From contig JBMFWF010000005.1 of NCBI GenBank assembly GCA_049965555.1, positions 1-62,915 of the forward strand: a stretch of DNA of 62,915 nt, given 5' to 3'. The stretch is from Candidatus Parvarchaeum sp. GTDB taxonomy: Archaea; Nanobdellota; Nanobdellia; Parvarchaeales; Parvarchaeaceae. Position 1 is the stretch's first letter. The number at the start of each line of letters is the position of its first letter. The notes under the pieces were generated by a model that was not told the origin of the DNA, did not search any database, and saw only the letters and a program-made list of their open reading frames with translations. A program made the translations under genes and the position numbers. Positions 18,775-28,558 of the stretch are shown piece by piece.

Positions 18775-20148
18775 ATGGACTCTGTGGAAAACAGATCAAA
18801 ACTTTATTCCATCTTATCAAGTTTAGATGCAGGAGATAACAAGTCAATAACCCGCATATTAAAAGATAACACAGACAAATCGACATTAAAGGCCATCAAA
18901 AGACTTAACAGAGATTTTATATACGAAAAATATGGAAAGGAAGGCCTAGAAAGGTACCTTAGGAGCGTTCTTGATTATTGGGATGATTATGGCAGTAATA
19001 ACTCTGCAAACAATCAGTACACTAAACAAAAGCATCTTTTATCAGAAATACTTATGTCTCCTGCAAAATTAGTTGCAAAAGCATACGATTACATACTTAG
19101 AAAGACAAACAGTCACTTTATATCAACAACCTCAATGGGAACGATGATGGGAGCCGTTGCCGGATTTTCAATGTTTATTGGAGAAACAGCCTATTTCTCA
19201 TATTCTTTGCGTATCCCCTTTGCAAGTCTTTTTGCAGAAGAATTCATGATAAACCTGCCTACTTTTATACAAGTGCCGGTCATAACTGGTTTGATATCTG
19301 CACTGTCCGTCGGTCTTATAGTTGGCGGGCCTTCAAAGGTATTCAATCCTAAAAGGTTGACAATAGAAGAAATAGAAGACGACATAAAGAAGTACAGTAA
19401 AGAGTTCCGTGATACCTTCGAAAATTACAATAAAGCCTTATTTACATCAAAGATAGAGCCATCGATGGAGAACATAAACGCAATTTACATGCTAGCTTCC
19501 AGCAGGGCATATGTTAGTGCAAGTAATTCAGATGAAAGTTTAAGGAAATATGAAAAAGAAATGTTGCCTTACATCTCAAATGTACTTAAAAAAAGGATAA
19601 ATTACAGATTAATAGTCCATCACTCTCCAAAAGGGGTCGGCGGGTTTACCTTAATTTATAACTCACTCATCGGCAAACTTATAAAAAATAATTCATACAG
19701 CCCAGTTTTCCTTAACACTGAAAGATTAAACGCAGTTCCCGAATACCTTTTTGCTCTTTTCCATGAATTGGCTCACGGTGCAGGCGCAACTACTGAGCAG
19801 ATGGCAAGCTACTATGCTGAAAAAGCTATGGACTCTGTGAAAGATGATTTTCCATTAGAGGGCTATGATCTTTTCCTTTCAGTTAACAGGCTAGAATCTG
19901 CGATTTCCGCTCTTGCCAGAAAATTTAAGTCTACAGATGATTTTGTTTCCGAACTTGAAAAATTAAATCTTCCGCGTTTTGTAAAAGAATCTTTGAATTA
20001 CAGTTTTAATCCCATTTTCTCTGTAGCATTTCCTGTAAATGAAGCAATATACGGAGGTTTAATTGAATCAAAATTCTCTGGACTTTATGCCTCGGGTCCA
20101 TACCTTGCTAAAAAGATGGTCGAAAAAGGCTTAATTAAAACCTTTTAA
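18775..20148 (+). CDS. Membrane-anchored zincin-like putative metallopeptidase (DUF3810-like C-terminus)
   Basis: Two hydrophobic segments around aa 120-185, then HELAHGAGATTEQMA (HExxH + downstream E). Confidence 0.65.
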   Translation: MDSVENRSKLYSILSSLDAGDNKSITRILKDNTDKSTLKAIKRLNRDFIYEKYGKEGLERYLRSVLDYWDDYGSNNSANNQYTKQKHLLSEILMSPAKLVAKAYDYILRKTNSHFISTTSMGTMMGAVAGFSMFIGETAYFSYSLRIPFASLFAEEFMINLPTFIQVPVITGLISALSVGLIVGGPSKVFNPKRLTIEEIEDDIKKYSKEFRDTFENYNKALFTSKIEPSMENINAIYMLASSRAYVSASNSDESLRKYEKEMLPYISNVLKKRINYRLIVHHSPKGVGGFTLIYNSLIGKLIKNNSYSPVFLNTERLNAVPEYLFALFHELAHGAGATTEQMASYYAEKAMDSVKDDFPLEGYDLFLSVNRLESAISALARKFKSTDDFVSELEKLNLPRFVKESLNYSFNPIFSVAFPVNEAIYGGLIESKFSGLYASGPYLAKKMVEKGLIKTF

Positions 20149-20175
20149 TTTATACAAGATTTATTTTTATCGTAG

Positions 20176-21702
20176 ATGGAAGAGGAAGATATTATTAGAA
20201 TGCTTAACAAGACTGACAAGATTGTATTATCCTCTCTTCAAAAAGGAGAGATGTTTTCAAGTGAAATAGAAATAAAATACGCCTTGGAAAGAGCAGCGGT
20301 TATAAACTCCGCCAGAAAGCTTTTTTCTCTAGGGCTGGTAAAAATCGACAACATAGCTACAAATGGACTAAGGCTTACTGCCCTGGGACAAAAATATCTT
20401 AAAGAAGGCCTTCCAGAATACAGGGTTTTTGAATTTCTAAGGCATAATAAAATTGTGGAATATAAGCAGCTATTCTCCAGTGTTCCAATGGAAAAAAATG
20501 AATTAAATGCAGCTGTAGGTGTATTGAAGAGAATGCTTGCAATAAATATTGAAGGGGGTAAAATAACAGTAAATCTTGATAAATCCGAAAAGGTTGAACA
20601 GCAGAACAGCGTTTTGCAAATGGTAGAGAAAGAACAGAATGTAAACTATGATGGCATAAATGATCTCATAAGACGTGGAATAGTTGAACAGGTGAATGAA
20701 ATAAAGGAAAAATTCTCCATAACACGTACGGGGATAAATGTGCTGAAAAACAGCGAATTCAAGACAGATTATGTGGATAAACTCTCTCCAAACAACATTA
20801 AAAATTGGGAGAGGTTGAAATTTAGGGAATACAGCGAAAAACCGGAGATATTTGATTCATTATCGGGGAAACTGAACGTGAAGACTAAATTTATCTCTTT
20901 TATAAAAGATGCAATGGTTTCAATGGGTTTCTCAGAAATGCACAGTAATTATGTTGAGTCTACTTTTTGGAACTTTGATGTTATGATGTTCAGGCAAGAT
21001 CACCCTGATAGAGACATACAGGATACCGTTTACTTAAATGGAGGAAAGGCCAGTATACCTGCAAAGCTAATCAAAAACGTAAAGGATGTTTATGAGCATG
21101 GGTTTTTTTCTTCCAAGTACAACGAATCGATAGGGTACAGAAGAAATTTTGATAAGTCTAAAAGTGATTCACTTATAATGAGGGGGCATACTACTGCAAC
21201 GACATTTAGGTATATCTATGAGTTAATATCTAAAAACAAAGATAAACCGGCCAAGTTCTTTTCAGTTGACAAGGGATTCAGGAATGAAACAATGGACAAT
21301 ACCCATTTACTAGAACTTTACCAGATAGAAGGAATAGTATATGATGACAACCTTTCCGTCTCGGATCTTATTGGCTACATAAAACAATTTTACAAAAAAA
21401 TAGGAATAGAGAAAATAAGGCTTAAGCCGACTTACAATCCTTATACAGAGCCTAGCTTGGAGATACAGGCTTTCAGTCCAAAGCTCAAAAGATGGCTTGA
21501 AGTCGGCAATTCGGGTGTTTTTAGGCCAGAAACTCTTAGGCCGTTTGGAATAAGCAAAAACATAATCGCATGGGGTTTTGGCATGGAAAGAATGCTGAAT
21601 CTTAAATTAGGTATGGCGGATATAAGGGACCTTTACGGCGCTTATACCGACTTAGATTTACTTAGGGATATAGAATCTGCTAAGGTATTTGGTGAATTCT
21701 AA
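20176..21702 (+). CDS. pheS: Phenylalanyl-tRNA synthetase alpha subunit
   Basis: FWNFD...QDHPDRD.QDT, RGHTT, FRNE, PYTEPS, GNSGVFRPE, AWGFGMER. Confidence 0.96.
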   Translation: MEEEDIIRMLNKTDKIVLSSLQKGEMFSSEIEIKYALERAAVINSARKLFSLGLVKIDNIATNGLRLTALGQKYLKEGLPEYRVFEFLRHNKIVEYKQLFSSVPMEKNELNAAVGVLKRMLAINIEGGKITVNLDKSEKVEQQNSVLQMVEKEQNVNYDGINDLIRRGIVEQVNEIKEKFSITRTGINVLKNSEFKTDYVDKLSPNNIKNWERLKFREYSEKPEIFDSLSGKLNVKTKFISFIKDAMVSMGFSEMHSNYVESTFWNFDVMMFRQDHPDRDIQDTVYLNGGKASIPAKLIKNVKDVYEHGFFSSKYNESIGYRRNFDKSKSDSLIMRGHTTATTFRYIYELISKNKDKPAKFFSVDKGFRNETMDNTHLLELYQIEGIVYDDNLSVSDLIGYIKQFYKKIGIEKIRLKPTYNPYTEPSLEIQAFSPKLKRWLEVGNSGVFRPETLRPFGISKNIIAWGFGMERMLNLKLGMADIRDLYGAYTDLDLLRDIESAKVFGEF

Positions 21703-23339
21703 TGGTAATGCTCAATTACAGCCTTGATGAAATGAACAAAGCGATCGGGAAAAAACTCAAGCTTGAAGATTACGAGAAAATATCACTTAAGTTCGGATTG
21801 GATTTAGAGGAAGGCGAGAACGTACTTAATTTCGAGCTTACATCCGACAGGACAGACATAGTTTCAAAGTATTCGCTCGCACATGTCTTTGCCAGCCAGC
21901 TTGGAATAAGTATGAAAAGAAACCTAATAATTGGAAGAGAAAGACCAGGAGTTTATGTCGAGAATACAGAAAGAAGATTTGTTAATGTTCTGCATGTGGT
22001 TCTTTATGGCAAAGTAGGAGATAACCTGAATGAGATCCTGGCTATTCAAGATAGGCTGGACAGGAATGTTGGAAGAAACAGGAAAAAAGCTGCAATAGGA
22101 TTTTTTGATTATGAAAAGATATCTTTCCCTTTAAGATATTGCGAAATTCCAAGAGATGATGTAAACTTTGTACCTCTTGGAAGCTCTTCTTCAAAAAGAT
22201 ATGATGAGATAATAACAGAAGTCAAACAGGCAATAGAGTATAAGGATTTAATACCTAAGAAACCAATAGTGTGGGTTGACAGCTCTAACAAGATAATTGC
22301 TATGCCTCCGATAATAAACGCAGATAACTATTCTATAAATGAGAACACAAAAGAATTGTTCATAGATGTCACTGGGACAGAAAAGGAAACTGTAAATGCA
22401 GTGACTAAGATATTAATATATAATCTGCAGTTCCTCGGCAAAGTATCAATAATCGAAGCAAAATACAAAAGCAATGCAATATCTACCGATCTTTCACTAA
22501 AAATGCATGGCTTTTACTTGAATGAAGATTCAATAGAATCTCTGTTAGGCATAAGAATAGGGAAAGGGCAGGCAGTGAAAATGCTTTCAGCCATGGATTA
22601 CAGCGTTAAGCCGCTTGGAAAGGACCTTTTCGTTGTCCCGCCTTTTTACAGGCAAGACATTATGCATCAGGTTGATATAATCGATGATATGATGCGGTCA
22701 TTAGGGGTCGATAATATAAATGAGAAAGCTCCTCATTCCTATACAGAAGGGGCTTTTCTATCGAATCATTACATGCTGCAGAATATAAAAGAGGTACTTG
22801 TTGGTTTTGGTTATCAGGAAATAGACATAAATTCGCTTACAAATGAAAAATACCAATTTTTAAATACGTACATAGAAGGAGAGGACTATGTTAGTCTGCT
22901 GCAGCTGAAAAGCGGTGACGTTACTATGGTCAGCAAGTACCTCTTTCCTGAACTGCTGAGGCTTATTTCAAACAATCTTCACAAGAAATTCCCCCAGAAA
23001 ATATTCTCATTGTCAGAAGTAGTGGAGGAAGGAAACTCCGATGTAACCTTCGAAAACAGGCTAAAACTTTCATTTGTCTCGTGCGAAAAAGATGCGAATG
23101 TAACTGATACGTTGTCAATAATAAAGAAAGTTCTTTCGGATGCATTCTCTATTAAAGAAGTCTCTACTAATTACATAGACGATAAGTATGCCAAGACATT
23201 TATAAAAGGCAGGGCTTACAATTTGCTGGCCAACGGAAAGAAGATAGGGTTTGCTGGAGAGCTTCACCCTAGAGTTATGAACTCTTTTGGAATCGAATTG
23301 CCAGTTTCATTGGCAGAAATATACCTTGGAGGGTTTTAA
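21702..23339 (+). CDS. pheT: Phenylalanyl-tRNA synthetase beta subunit
   Basis: DRTD, GRNRKK.AIG, MPPIIN, VPP.YRQDIMHQVD, GELHP; coupled to pheS. Confidence 0.95.
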   Translation: MVMLNYSLDEMNKAIGKKLKLEDYEKISLKFGLDLEEGENVLNFELTSDRTDIVSKYSLAHVFASQLGISMKRNLIIGRERPGVYVENTERRFVNVLHVVLYGKVGDNLNEILAIQDRLDRNVGRNRKKAAIGFFDYEKISFPLRYCEIPRDDVNFVPLGSSSSKRYDEIITEVKQAIEYKDLIPKKPIVWVDSSNKIIAMPPIINADNYSINENTKELFIDVTGTEKETVNAVTKILIYNLQFLGKVSIIEAKYKSNAISTDLSLKMHGFYLNEDSIESLLGIRIGKGQAVKMLSAMDYSVKPLGKDLFVVPPFYRQDIMHQVDIIDDMMRSLGVDNINEKAPHSYTEGAFLSNHYMLQNIKEVLVGFGYQEIDINSLTNEKYQFLNTYIEGEDYVSLLQLKSGDVTMVSKYLFPELLRLISNNLHKKFPQKIFSLSEVVEEGNSDVTFENRLKLSFVSCEKDANVTDTLSIIKKVLSDAFSIKEVSTNYIDDKYAKTFIKGRAYNLLANGKKIGFAGELHPRVMNSFGIELPVSLAEIYLGGF

Positions 23340-23340
23340 A

Positions 23341-23781
23341 ATGAATTGCGAAATATGCGGAGCATTTGAGGAGAACCTTTTAAAGACTGAAGTAGAGGGC
23401 GCTGTAATGAACCTCTGCAAAAGCTGTTCTAAATATGGCAGAGTGATTGAAGCCCCAGTTAATAATGTCAAACGAATAGAGAGCAAGGTAGACAGCGAAA
23501 GGGAATTAAGATACGATTATTTAAATGAGATAAAGCGCGGATTGCAGGAAAATGGCCTTTCAATCGAAGAAGCGGCAGAGAAGATAAACTGCTCACCAAA
23601 GGAATTGAAAAAGGTGGTTAATGGCGAGATACTTCCGGATATAAAAATAGCAGAGAGGCTTGAGAGGTTATTCAATATTTCATTATATGAAATCAATTTA
23701 GTTTCTGATTCAACCTTCAAAAAAGACACTGCAGAACTGTCCTTTGGGGATGTGGTTGATATAAAGAGAGTAAAAAAATAA
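23341..23781 (+). CDS. mbf1: Multiprotein-bridging factor 1 (Zn ribbon + Cro-like HTH)
   Basis: MNCEICG...VEGAVMNLCKSCSKYG then HTH and C-terminal SFGDVV. Confidence 0.88.
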   Translation: MNCEICGAFEENLLKTEVEGAVMNLCKSCSKYGRVIEAPVNNVKRIESKVDSERELRYDYLNEIKRGLQENGLSIEEAAEKINCSPKELKKVVNGEILPDIKIAERLERLFNISLYEINLVSDSTFKKDTAELSFGDVVDIKRVKK

Positions 23782-23785
23782 TATA

Positions 23786-23868
23786 GCAGAGGTAACGAAG
23801 CGGTCAAACGTGTAAGGCTTAGGACCTTATGGCTTAGGCCTTCGAGGGTTCAAATCCCTCCCTCTGCA
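23786..23868 (+). tRNA. tRNA-Leu(TAG)
   Basis: GCAGAGG/CCTCTGC acceptor, TAAGG-CTTAGGA-CCTTA anticodon arm, long variable arm GGC-TTAG-GCC, discriminator A. Confidence 0.95.
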
Positions 23869-23970
23869 TTTCTTTTGTTTATTTAATCAAAAAAGCTTAA
23901 TGATAAACTTAAATACTAAAATTTGCTTATCTTCTTATATAGCATTAAAATTAAGTTGTGAGGTGTGAAC

Positions 23971-24375
23971 ATGGTAAATCTTCCGTTTGATAATTTCTTG
24001 AACATATTCAAGAAGAATGTAAATGTGGATTCCTCTAATCAAGGCAGCGATTACGTTGAACTAGAGGTTGAGCAGGGCGATAAGCCGATGGCTAAAATAT
24101 ATGTAAAGTACTATAATCTTAATAAGTTTGAGGATGCCAGCGCAATACTAAATGACATACGTTCAGGATATACTTTGTCTTTCATAAAAGTTAAGGAGAT
24201 AAGAGAGAAAGGAGGAGTGGATGAATTAAAAAGAACAATCTCCAAATTAAAGAAAAGCGCTGATGCGGCAGAGGCCCAAATAATAGGCGTAGATGAGGAT
24301 TACCTCTTAGTTGTACCTGATTTCGTAAAGGTTGAAAAAGGAGAGGTATTAAGCAGCCAAGACAACAAAGTCTGA
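23971..24375 (+). CDS. sepF: Cell division protein SepF (archaeal type)
   Basis: ILNDIRSG....IKV...DELKRTISKLKK......IIGVDEDYLLVVP..VKV; GAGGTG SD before ATG 23971. Confidence 0.85.
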   Translation: MVNLPFDNFLNIFKKNVNVDSSNQGSDYVELEVEQGDKPMAKIYVKYYNLNKFEDASAILNDIRSGYTLSFIKVKEIREKGGVDELKRTISKLKKSADAAEAQIIGVDEDYLLVVPDFVKVEKGEVLSSQDNKV

Positions 24376-24376
24376 T

Positions 24377-24703
24377 TCAATCGCTGTTATCCGCTTCTTT
24401 AGAATAATAAGCCGAGTTTATAGCTCCTCTATCCGAATCTTTTGTTATACTCAGCATAGTAAGCGACTTTATGGGGTTGTCGTCTTCCTTTTCCCCGTCT
24501 ATTTTTACCGTATTAAATGAAAATGAAAGGTCTTCAAAGAATTCTGCGGCACTTTTATCGACTCCGACCACATTTGGCTTTGCGGTATTAAGTATGTCTT
24601 TAACTTCGCTTAAGCTCTTTACTCTGTGTACTTGCACTGAGTTATTTATGATTACTGCGACTATAATCCTGCCCTGATTTATCGCTATTCCCGCTCTCGT
24701 CAT
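24377..24703 (-). CDS. Hypothetical protein, possible RNase H-like fold
   Basis: N-terminal beta-strands AGIAI...IIVAVI and KPNVVGVD resemble DUF429/DUF460-type domains. Confidence 0.5.
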   Translation of the reverse strand: MTRAGIAINQGRIIVAVIINNSVQVHRVKSLSEVKDILNTAKPNVVGVDKSAAEFFEDLSFSFNTVKIDGEKEDDNPIKSLTMLSITKDSDRGAINSAYYSKEADNSD

Positions 24704-25259
24704 ATATTTTTATAAGGATAAGCTCCTCGAAGAAAAAATTAACTGAAGATAACTTCTCAAAGCTAAGTCTTAGACGCTTTATCTCCTTATATACTTTATC
24801 CACGTCGTAAACACTAGATAGAATAATAAATGCAATTCCTCCCGCTTTAAGATGTGTTTTCAGAGACCGTATAAATCTTAAGGTTAGCTCACTGCCCTCT
24901 TTTCCGCCGCTCAACGCCTTTTTTATCCATTTACTTTCCTTATTTTCAGGCAAGTATGGAGGATTGGCGTATATGACATCGAATTTTCTGTTGCTTAATG
25001 AAGAGAATAAATCTGAAACTACGCATTCAAAGTTTCTAATTCCGTTCTTTCTTGCGTTGTAATTTATTGCCTTTATTGCATTTGGATTTATATCAACAAA
25101 GGTAACTCTTTCTGATTTTTCAGCTGCATTCAACCCTATTATACCGCTACCAGCAAACATGTCGAGCACTTCACCATGTGCATATTTTACCGCGCTTAAA
25201 AGAAGAAAGCTGTCCTCCGCAGGGGGATAAACATCCTTGAATTCCTTTATATTTACCAT
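24642..25259 (-). CDS. HemK2/Mtq2-like N5-glutamine methyltransferase
   Basis: VYPPAEDSFLL, VLDMFAGSG, NPPYLP, ALSGG.EG. Confidence 0.9.
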   Translation of the reverse strand: MVNIKEFKDVYPPAEDSFLLLSAVKYAHGEVLDMFAGSGIIGLNAAEKSERVTFVDINPNAIKAINYNARKNGIRNFECVVSDLFSSLSNRKFDVIYANPPYLPENKESKWIKKALSGGKEGSELTLRFIRSLKTHLKAGGIAFIILSSVYDVDKVYKEIKRLRLSFEKLSSVNFFFEELILIKIYDESGNSDKSGQDYSRSNHK

Positions 25260-25292
25260 ATCGAAACACTTATTAACAATCAACTAGATTAA

Positions 25293-25760
25293 ATGATAAA
25301 TATGAAAGGCATCAGAAACTATTTATTGCTTGCTTTGCTGATAGTGCTTTTAATCGGCTTTATCGTCGCTGGAAAGACTTCTCCAGTTTATAAAGCGCCT
25401 GTTGTTAAGACAATAAACTGCAATTCTGTTAATTTGGGTTTTAATTACTCCGCAAGCACGAAGGTAAAGGCGCCTGAAAACACAAACACGTTTTTCACAA
25501 TAGGAGTAAATAATACAGGCAATGTGACCGAGGATCTTTCCCTGGCCGTAAAGCCTGTAGGAAGTGTGCCGTTTTTAGTCCAAGTTGCCAATTCTACCGA
25601 GCTAAATACTAGTACAAAGGGATATACTAGTTTTGGAATTTATTCCCCGTCAAAAACCGGAAATTACTCTGTTGTTGCAAACCTGTCGGTAAGTTATCTC
25701 AACTGCGTAAATTACAAGGTAATACCTATAAATGTAACCGTGGTAAACTCCACCAGTTAA
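25293..25760 (+). CDS. Secreted/membrane-anchored Ig-like protein
   Basis: N-terminal hydrophobic helix, beta-rich body (VNNTGN..E), many N-x-S/T sequons; start may be 25302. Confidence 0.7.
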   Translation: MINMKGIRNYLLLALLIVLLIGFIVAGKTSPVYKAPVVKTINCNSVNLGFNYSASTKVKAPENTNTFFTIGVNNTGNVTEDLSLAVKPVGSVPFLVQVANSTELNTSTKGYTSFGIYSPSKTGNYSVVANLSVSYLNCVNYKVIPINVTVVNSTS

Positions 25761-26095
25761 TGGAAAATCAGGTAATAAAAGACACTGAAATCAAGGATAT
25801 AAAAGAAGACGGTGCCAGAGTTAGGTTCGTTGGAAAAGTTTTTTCATACGATGATAAAACAGGCATATTCGAATTAGAGAATGAAGGCCAAAAGATGACC
25901 TGCCTCCCCAATTATCAGGAAAATGTAAAGTTAGAACCGACGGAACTTGTCCTTGTTACTGGAAGAGGCATAGCTGCAGATTCCTCCTTTGAGGTTAGAG
26001 CAGACAAGGTGGAAAAGATAAGTATAAATGATTATAATAATTATAAAAAGTATTTAATAATAAGAAATAATCTATTAAATAGCAATGGAAGCTGA
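25760..26095 (+). CDS. Small OB-fold protein (RPA small-subunit-like)
   Basis: IKDI....RVRFVGKV......FEL...G....C........LVLVTGR; coupled to PCNA. Confidence 0.65.
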   Translation: MENQVIKDTEIKDIKEDGARVRFVGKVFSYDDKTGIFELENEGQKMTCLPNYQENVKLEPTELVLVTGRGIAADSSFEVRADKVEKISINDYNNYKKYLIIRNNLLNSNGS

Positions 26096-26825
26096 ATTCA
26101 AGGACGCAGAAGTTTTTAAGAAGATGATGGACACAGTAGGCAGTTTGATGTCCGATGTTTCCATAGATTTTAATGAAGAAGGGTTTGCCATAAAGGCCAT
26201 GGATCCCGCTAACATAGCAATGGTCCTTTTTGAGGCTAAGAAATCGATTTTTTCAAATTTCAACATAGAAAAGCCTGTGAAAATATCAGTTTCACTTGAT
26301 GACCTGAATGGCATACTCAGGCTGGCAAAGAAAGAGGACAAGATAAAGATGTCGGATTCAAAGAACCGCTTAATCATAGACATAAATGGTAAGAACAAGC
26401 AGCATTTTGGCATACCTTTAATAGATGAGAATTACACTGCACAAAAGGTGCCTCAGCTAAAGTTTACTTCAGAAGTCACCGTCTTGAGTTCGCTTATAAA
26501 GGATTCAGTAAAGGCAGCATCTTTAGTTGATGATTCAATCTACTTCACAGTCGATAGGCCCAGGTTCATAATAAGTTCAAAGAGCGAAGAAAAGGAGTTT
26601 TCGCAGGAATTGTCTATAAATGAAAATAAAGAGATATTTGATCTAAAGTCAGAATCTACGACAAGGTCGAAATATTCAATAGACTACCTCTCAAAGTTCA
26701 TGTATGCAGTTGATCCTGAAAAACCGATAAAACTTTCATTTTCAAACAATTATCCACTTAAGATAGATTACGAGATAAATTCCGATGCAGTCATGTCCTT
26801 TATTCTTGCAAATAGGCTTGAGTAA
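26085..26825 (+). CDS. pcn: DNA polymerase sliding clamp PCNA
   Basis: AMDPANIAMV, SKYSIDYL, YPLKIDY...FILANR; 246 aa. Confidence 0.95.
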   Translation: MEAEFKDAEVFKKMMDTVGSLMSDVSIDFNEEGFAIKAMDPANIAMVLFEAKKSIFSNFNIEKPVKISVSLDDLNGILRLAKKEDKIKMSDSKNRLIIDINGKNKQHFGIPLIDENYTAQKVPQLKFTSEVTVLSSLIKDSVKAASLVDDSIYFTVDRPRFIISSKSEEKEFSQELSINENKEIFDLKSESTTRSKYSIDYLSKFMYAVDPEKPIKLSFSNNYPLKIDYEINSDAVMSFILANRLE

Positions 26826-27263
26826 TCAAAAGGTGTAAAGCTCGTCTTCATAAATGTCTATGTTTTTAAGAAGCGCCGGCAGCGAATCAAAGTCTACCGC
26901 AAGTACCTTGTCCCCTCCTTCTTTGTGTATTAGCAAAGAATTAGTTTTGTTCCTTGTAACCAACAATATTATGTCCTTTTTCCTCTTTTCGCCTTCTTTG
27001 TCTATAAAGTTGTAAGCTCTAGTCAACTGGTTCTTAACAAATTCTCTTTCTTTTTCAGGAGGGATATAGGAATGGTTCTTGCAGTCTACAAAAAACCTCC
27101 TGCTTTTGTCCTGTGCTATAAAATCAATTTGGAACCACCGGTATGTTTTGAACCTTACATCTCTATTTACAGTGTAATCAAATTTTTCAAATATATCTGC
27201 TGTGTCGTTTTCAAATTTTTTCCATTGATTCTTGTCTTTCTTAAATCCAGTTCCAAAATACAT
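26826..27263 (-). CDS. PD-(D/E)xK restriction endonuclease-like (Mrr-type) protein
   Basis: WKKFE...IF....Y, QIDFIA, FVDCK catalytic pattern. Confidence 0.75.
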   Translation of the reverse strand: MYFGTGFKKDKNQWKKFENDTADIFEKFDYTVNRDVRFKTYRWFQIDFIAQDKSRRFFVDCKNHSYIPPEKEREFVKNQLTRAYNFIDKEGEKRKKDIILLVTRNKTNSLLIHKEGGDKVLAVDFDSLPALLKNIDIYEDELYTF

Positions 27264-27301
27264 AAGATATATAAAAGAGGCCTATTAATAAATTGTATTA
27301 A

Positions 27302-27372
27302 GCATCGGTAGTCCAGTGGTAAGACACTACCCTGCCACGGTGGAGACCCGGGTTCGAATCCCGGCCGATGCA
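27302..27372 (+). tRNA. tRNA-Gly(GCC)
   Basis: GCATCGG/CCGATGC acceptor, CTACC-CTGCCAC-GGTGG, CCGGG-TTCGAAT-CCCGG. Confidence 0.96.
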
Positions 27373-27693
27373 TTACTTTTTCTGTTTTCTTAGCATCATC
27401 TTTATGTAAATCCAGCTCTCAAGGTTATTTATCGGCCTAGTTATTGACCCTCCTCCCAATAAAGACAGAAAAAGAAGGATTGCACATGCTCCTGTTATTA
27501 TGTAAACAAAAGGGTAGAATATGCCCATGTAACCGATTATAGCGGAGATTATTACTGTAATAATTAATCCCGCCTCTTTTCTATAAAAATAGGTTATTCC
27601 GACTCCCGCTATTATCATTGCAAAGAATAAATAAGCTAAGTATGGGTCAGTCTGCATCATTGAATTAAACATTATGTATAGTATATTTGTCAT
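27373..27693 (-). CDS. Small membrane protein
   Basis: Three hydrophobic segments; overlaps the pth2 stop by 4 nt. Confidence 0.7.
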   Translation of the reverse strand: MTNILYIMFNSMMQTDPYLAYLFFAMIIAGVGITYFYRKEAGLIITVIISAIIGYMGIFYPFVYIITGACAILLFLSLLGGGSITRPINNLESWIYIKMMLRKQKK

Positions 27694-28049
27694 AAAAGTT
27701 TTAGTTTTCCTGTTATTTTATTTATTTCATCCGTGTAGTAAGGCCCTATGCCTATTGCAGTTTCAGTTCCGGGAGGAACCTGTGTCTGCCCCGCGTCTTT
27801 TACGACTTGGAAGGGCATGCCGCTCCTTTTGAGTTTGTTTTTCAGTTCTTCGAATTCTTCCGGTTTGTTTACTTTTAAAACGATCTTTGTTTCTCCTTCC
27901 TCCAGCCATTTTCTTGCGATTTCAGGATGTTTTTTTTCAGTGTTAAGAAAGCTCATAAGACTCGCGTGAGAGCCCTGTGCAACCAATTTTCCGGTTCCCA
28001 TCTTCACGTCTTTTCTTAGTATTATAACCTGCTTTATATCTTTTTCCAT
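27690..28049 (-). CDS. pth2: Peptidyl-tRNA hydrolase Pth2
   Basis: KQVIILRKD..MG.GKL.AQ.SHA, KIVLKV, DAG.TQVPPGT.TAIGIGP. Confidence 0.95.
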   Translation of the reverse strand: MEKDIKQVIILRKDVKMGTGKLVAQGSHASLMSFLNTEKKHPEIARKWLEEGETKIVLKVNKPEEFEELKNKLKRSGMPFQVVKDAGQTQVPPGTETAIGIGPYYTDEINKITGKLKLL

Positions 28050-28101
28050 ATATTATCTATAACAGAAACATATAAATATGAATCTGATAATAAACTAACA
28101 A

Positions 28102-28287
28102 ATGGCAGAAGAGTTAGTTCAGGCTGAAAAGAATTTCTGTATATCCTGCGAGAGAGACATATCCATAATAGACGATTCAGTGGTATTCAACTGCCCTAAT
28201 TGTGGCACTAAAATTTCAAGGTGCGGAAAATGCAGAGGAAGAGGAGTAAATTACACCTGCAAAGTGTGCGGTTTTGTGGGGCCTTAA
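28102..28287 (+). CDS. Zinc-finger protein (DUF1610/HVO_2753 family)
   Basis: CISC...FNCPNCG..I.RC.KCR....Y.C..CGFVGP; conserved position upstream of EF-1beta. Confidence 0.9.
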   Translation: MAEELVQAEKNFCISCERDISIIDDSVVFNCPNCGTKISRCGKCRGRGVNYTCKVCGFVGP

Positions 28288-28288
28288 T

Positions 28289-28558
28289 ATGGGAAAAGTA
28301 GTTATAAAAATAAAGGCACTTCCTAAGGATACCTCTTCTAATTTAGATGAGACGTCGGAGAAAATAAAGGCATTCCTTTCAAAATATGGATCTGTATACA
28401 AGGTGGAGGTGCAGCCTCTGGCTTTTGGCTTAACAGTTATAATGGTGACTTTGGTAGCAGACGAAGATGAAGGAACTTCAAAGATCGAAGAGGCATTTTC
28501 TTCGTTTCATGATGCCAGCCTTAGTATATCTGAGGTAAGCAGAGCGCCGGATTTCTAG
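28289..28558 (+). CDS. ef1b: Translation elongation factor 1-beta
   Basis: MGKVVIKIKALP, PLAFGL. Confidence 0.9.
   Translation: MGKVVIKIKALPKDTSSNLDETSEKIKAFLSKYGSVYKVEVQPLAFGLTVIMVTLVADEDEGTSKIEEAFSSFHDASLSISEVSRAPDF

Noticed and set aside
27167-27373. ORF MHRPGFEPGSPPWQG..., and similarly 33327-33632
   Set aside because: These are translations across tRNA-Gly (antisense) and tRNA-Val, a typical artefact.
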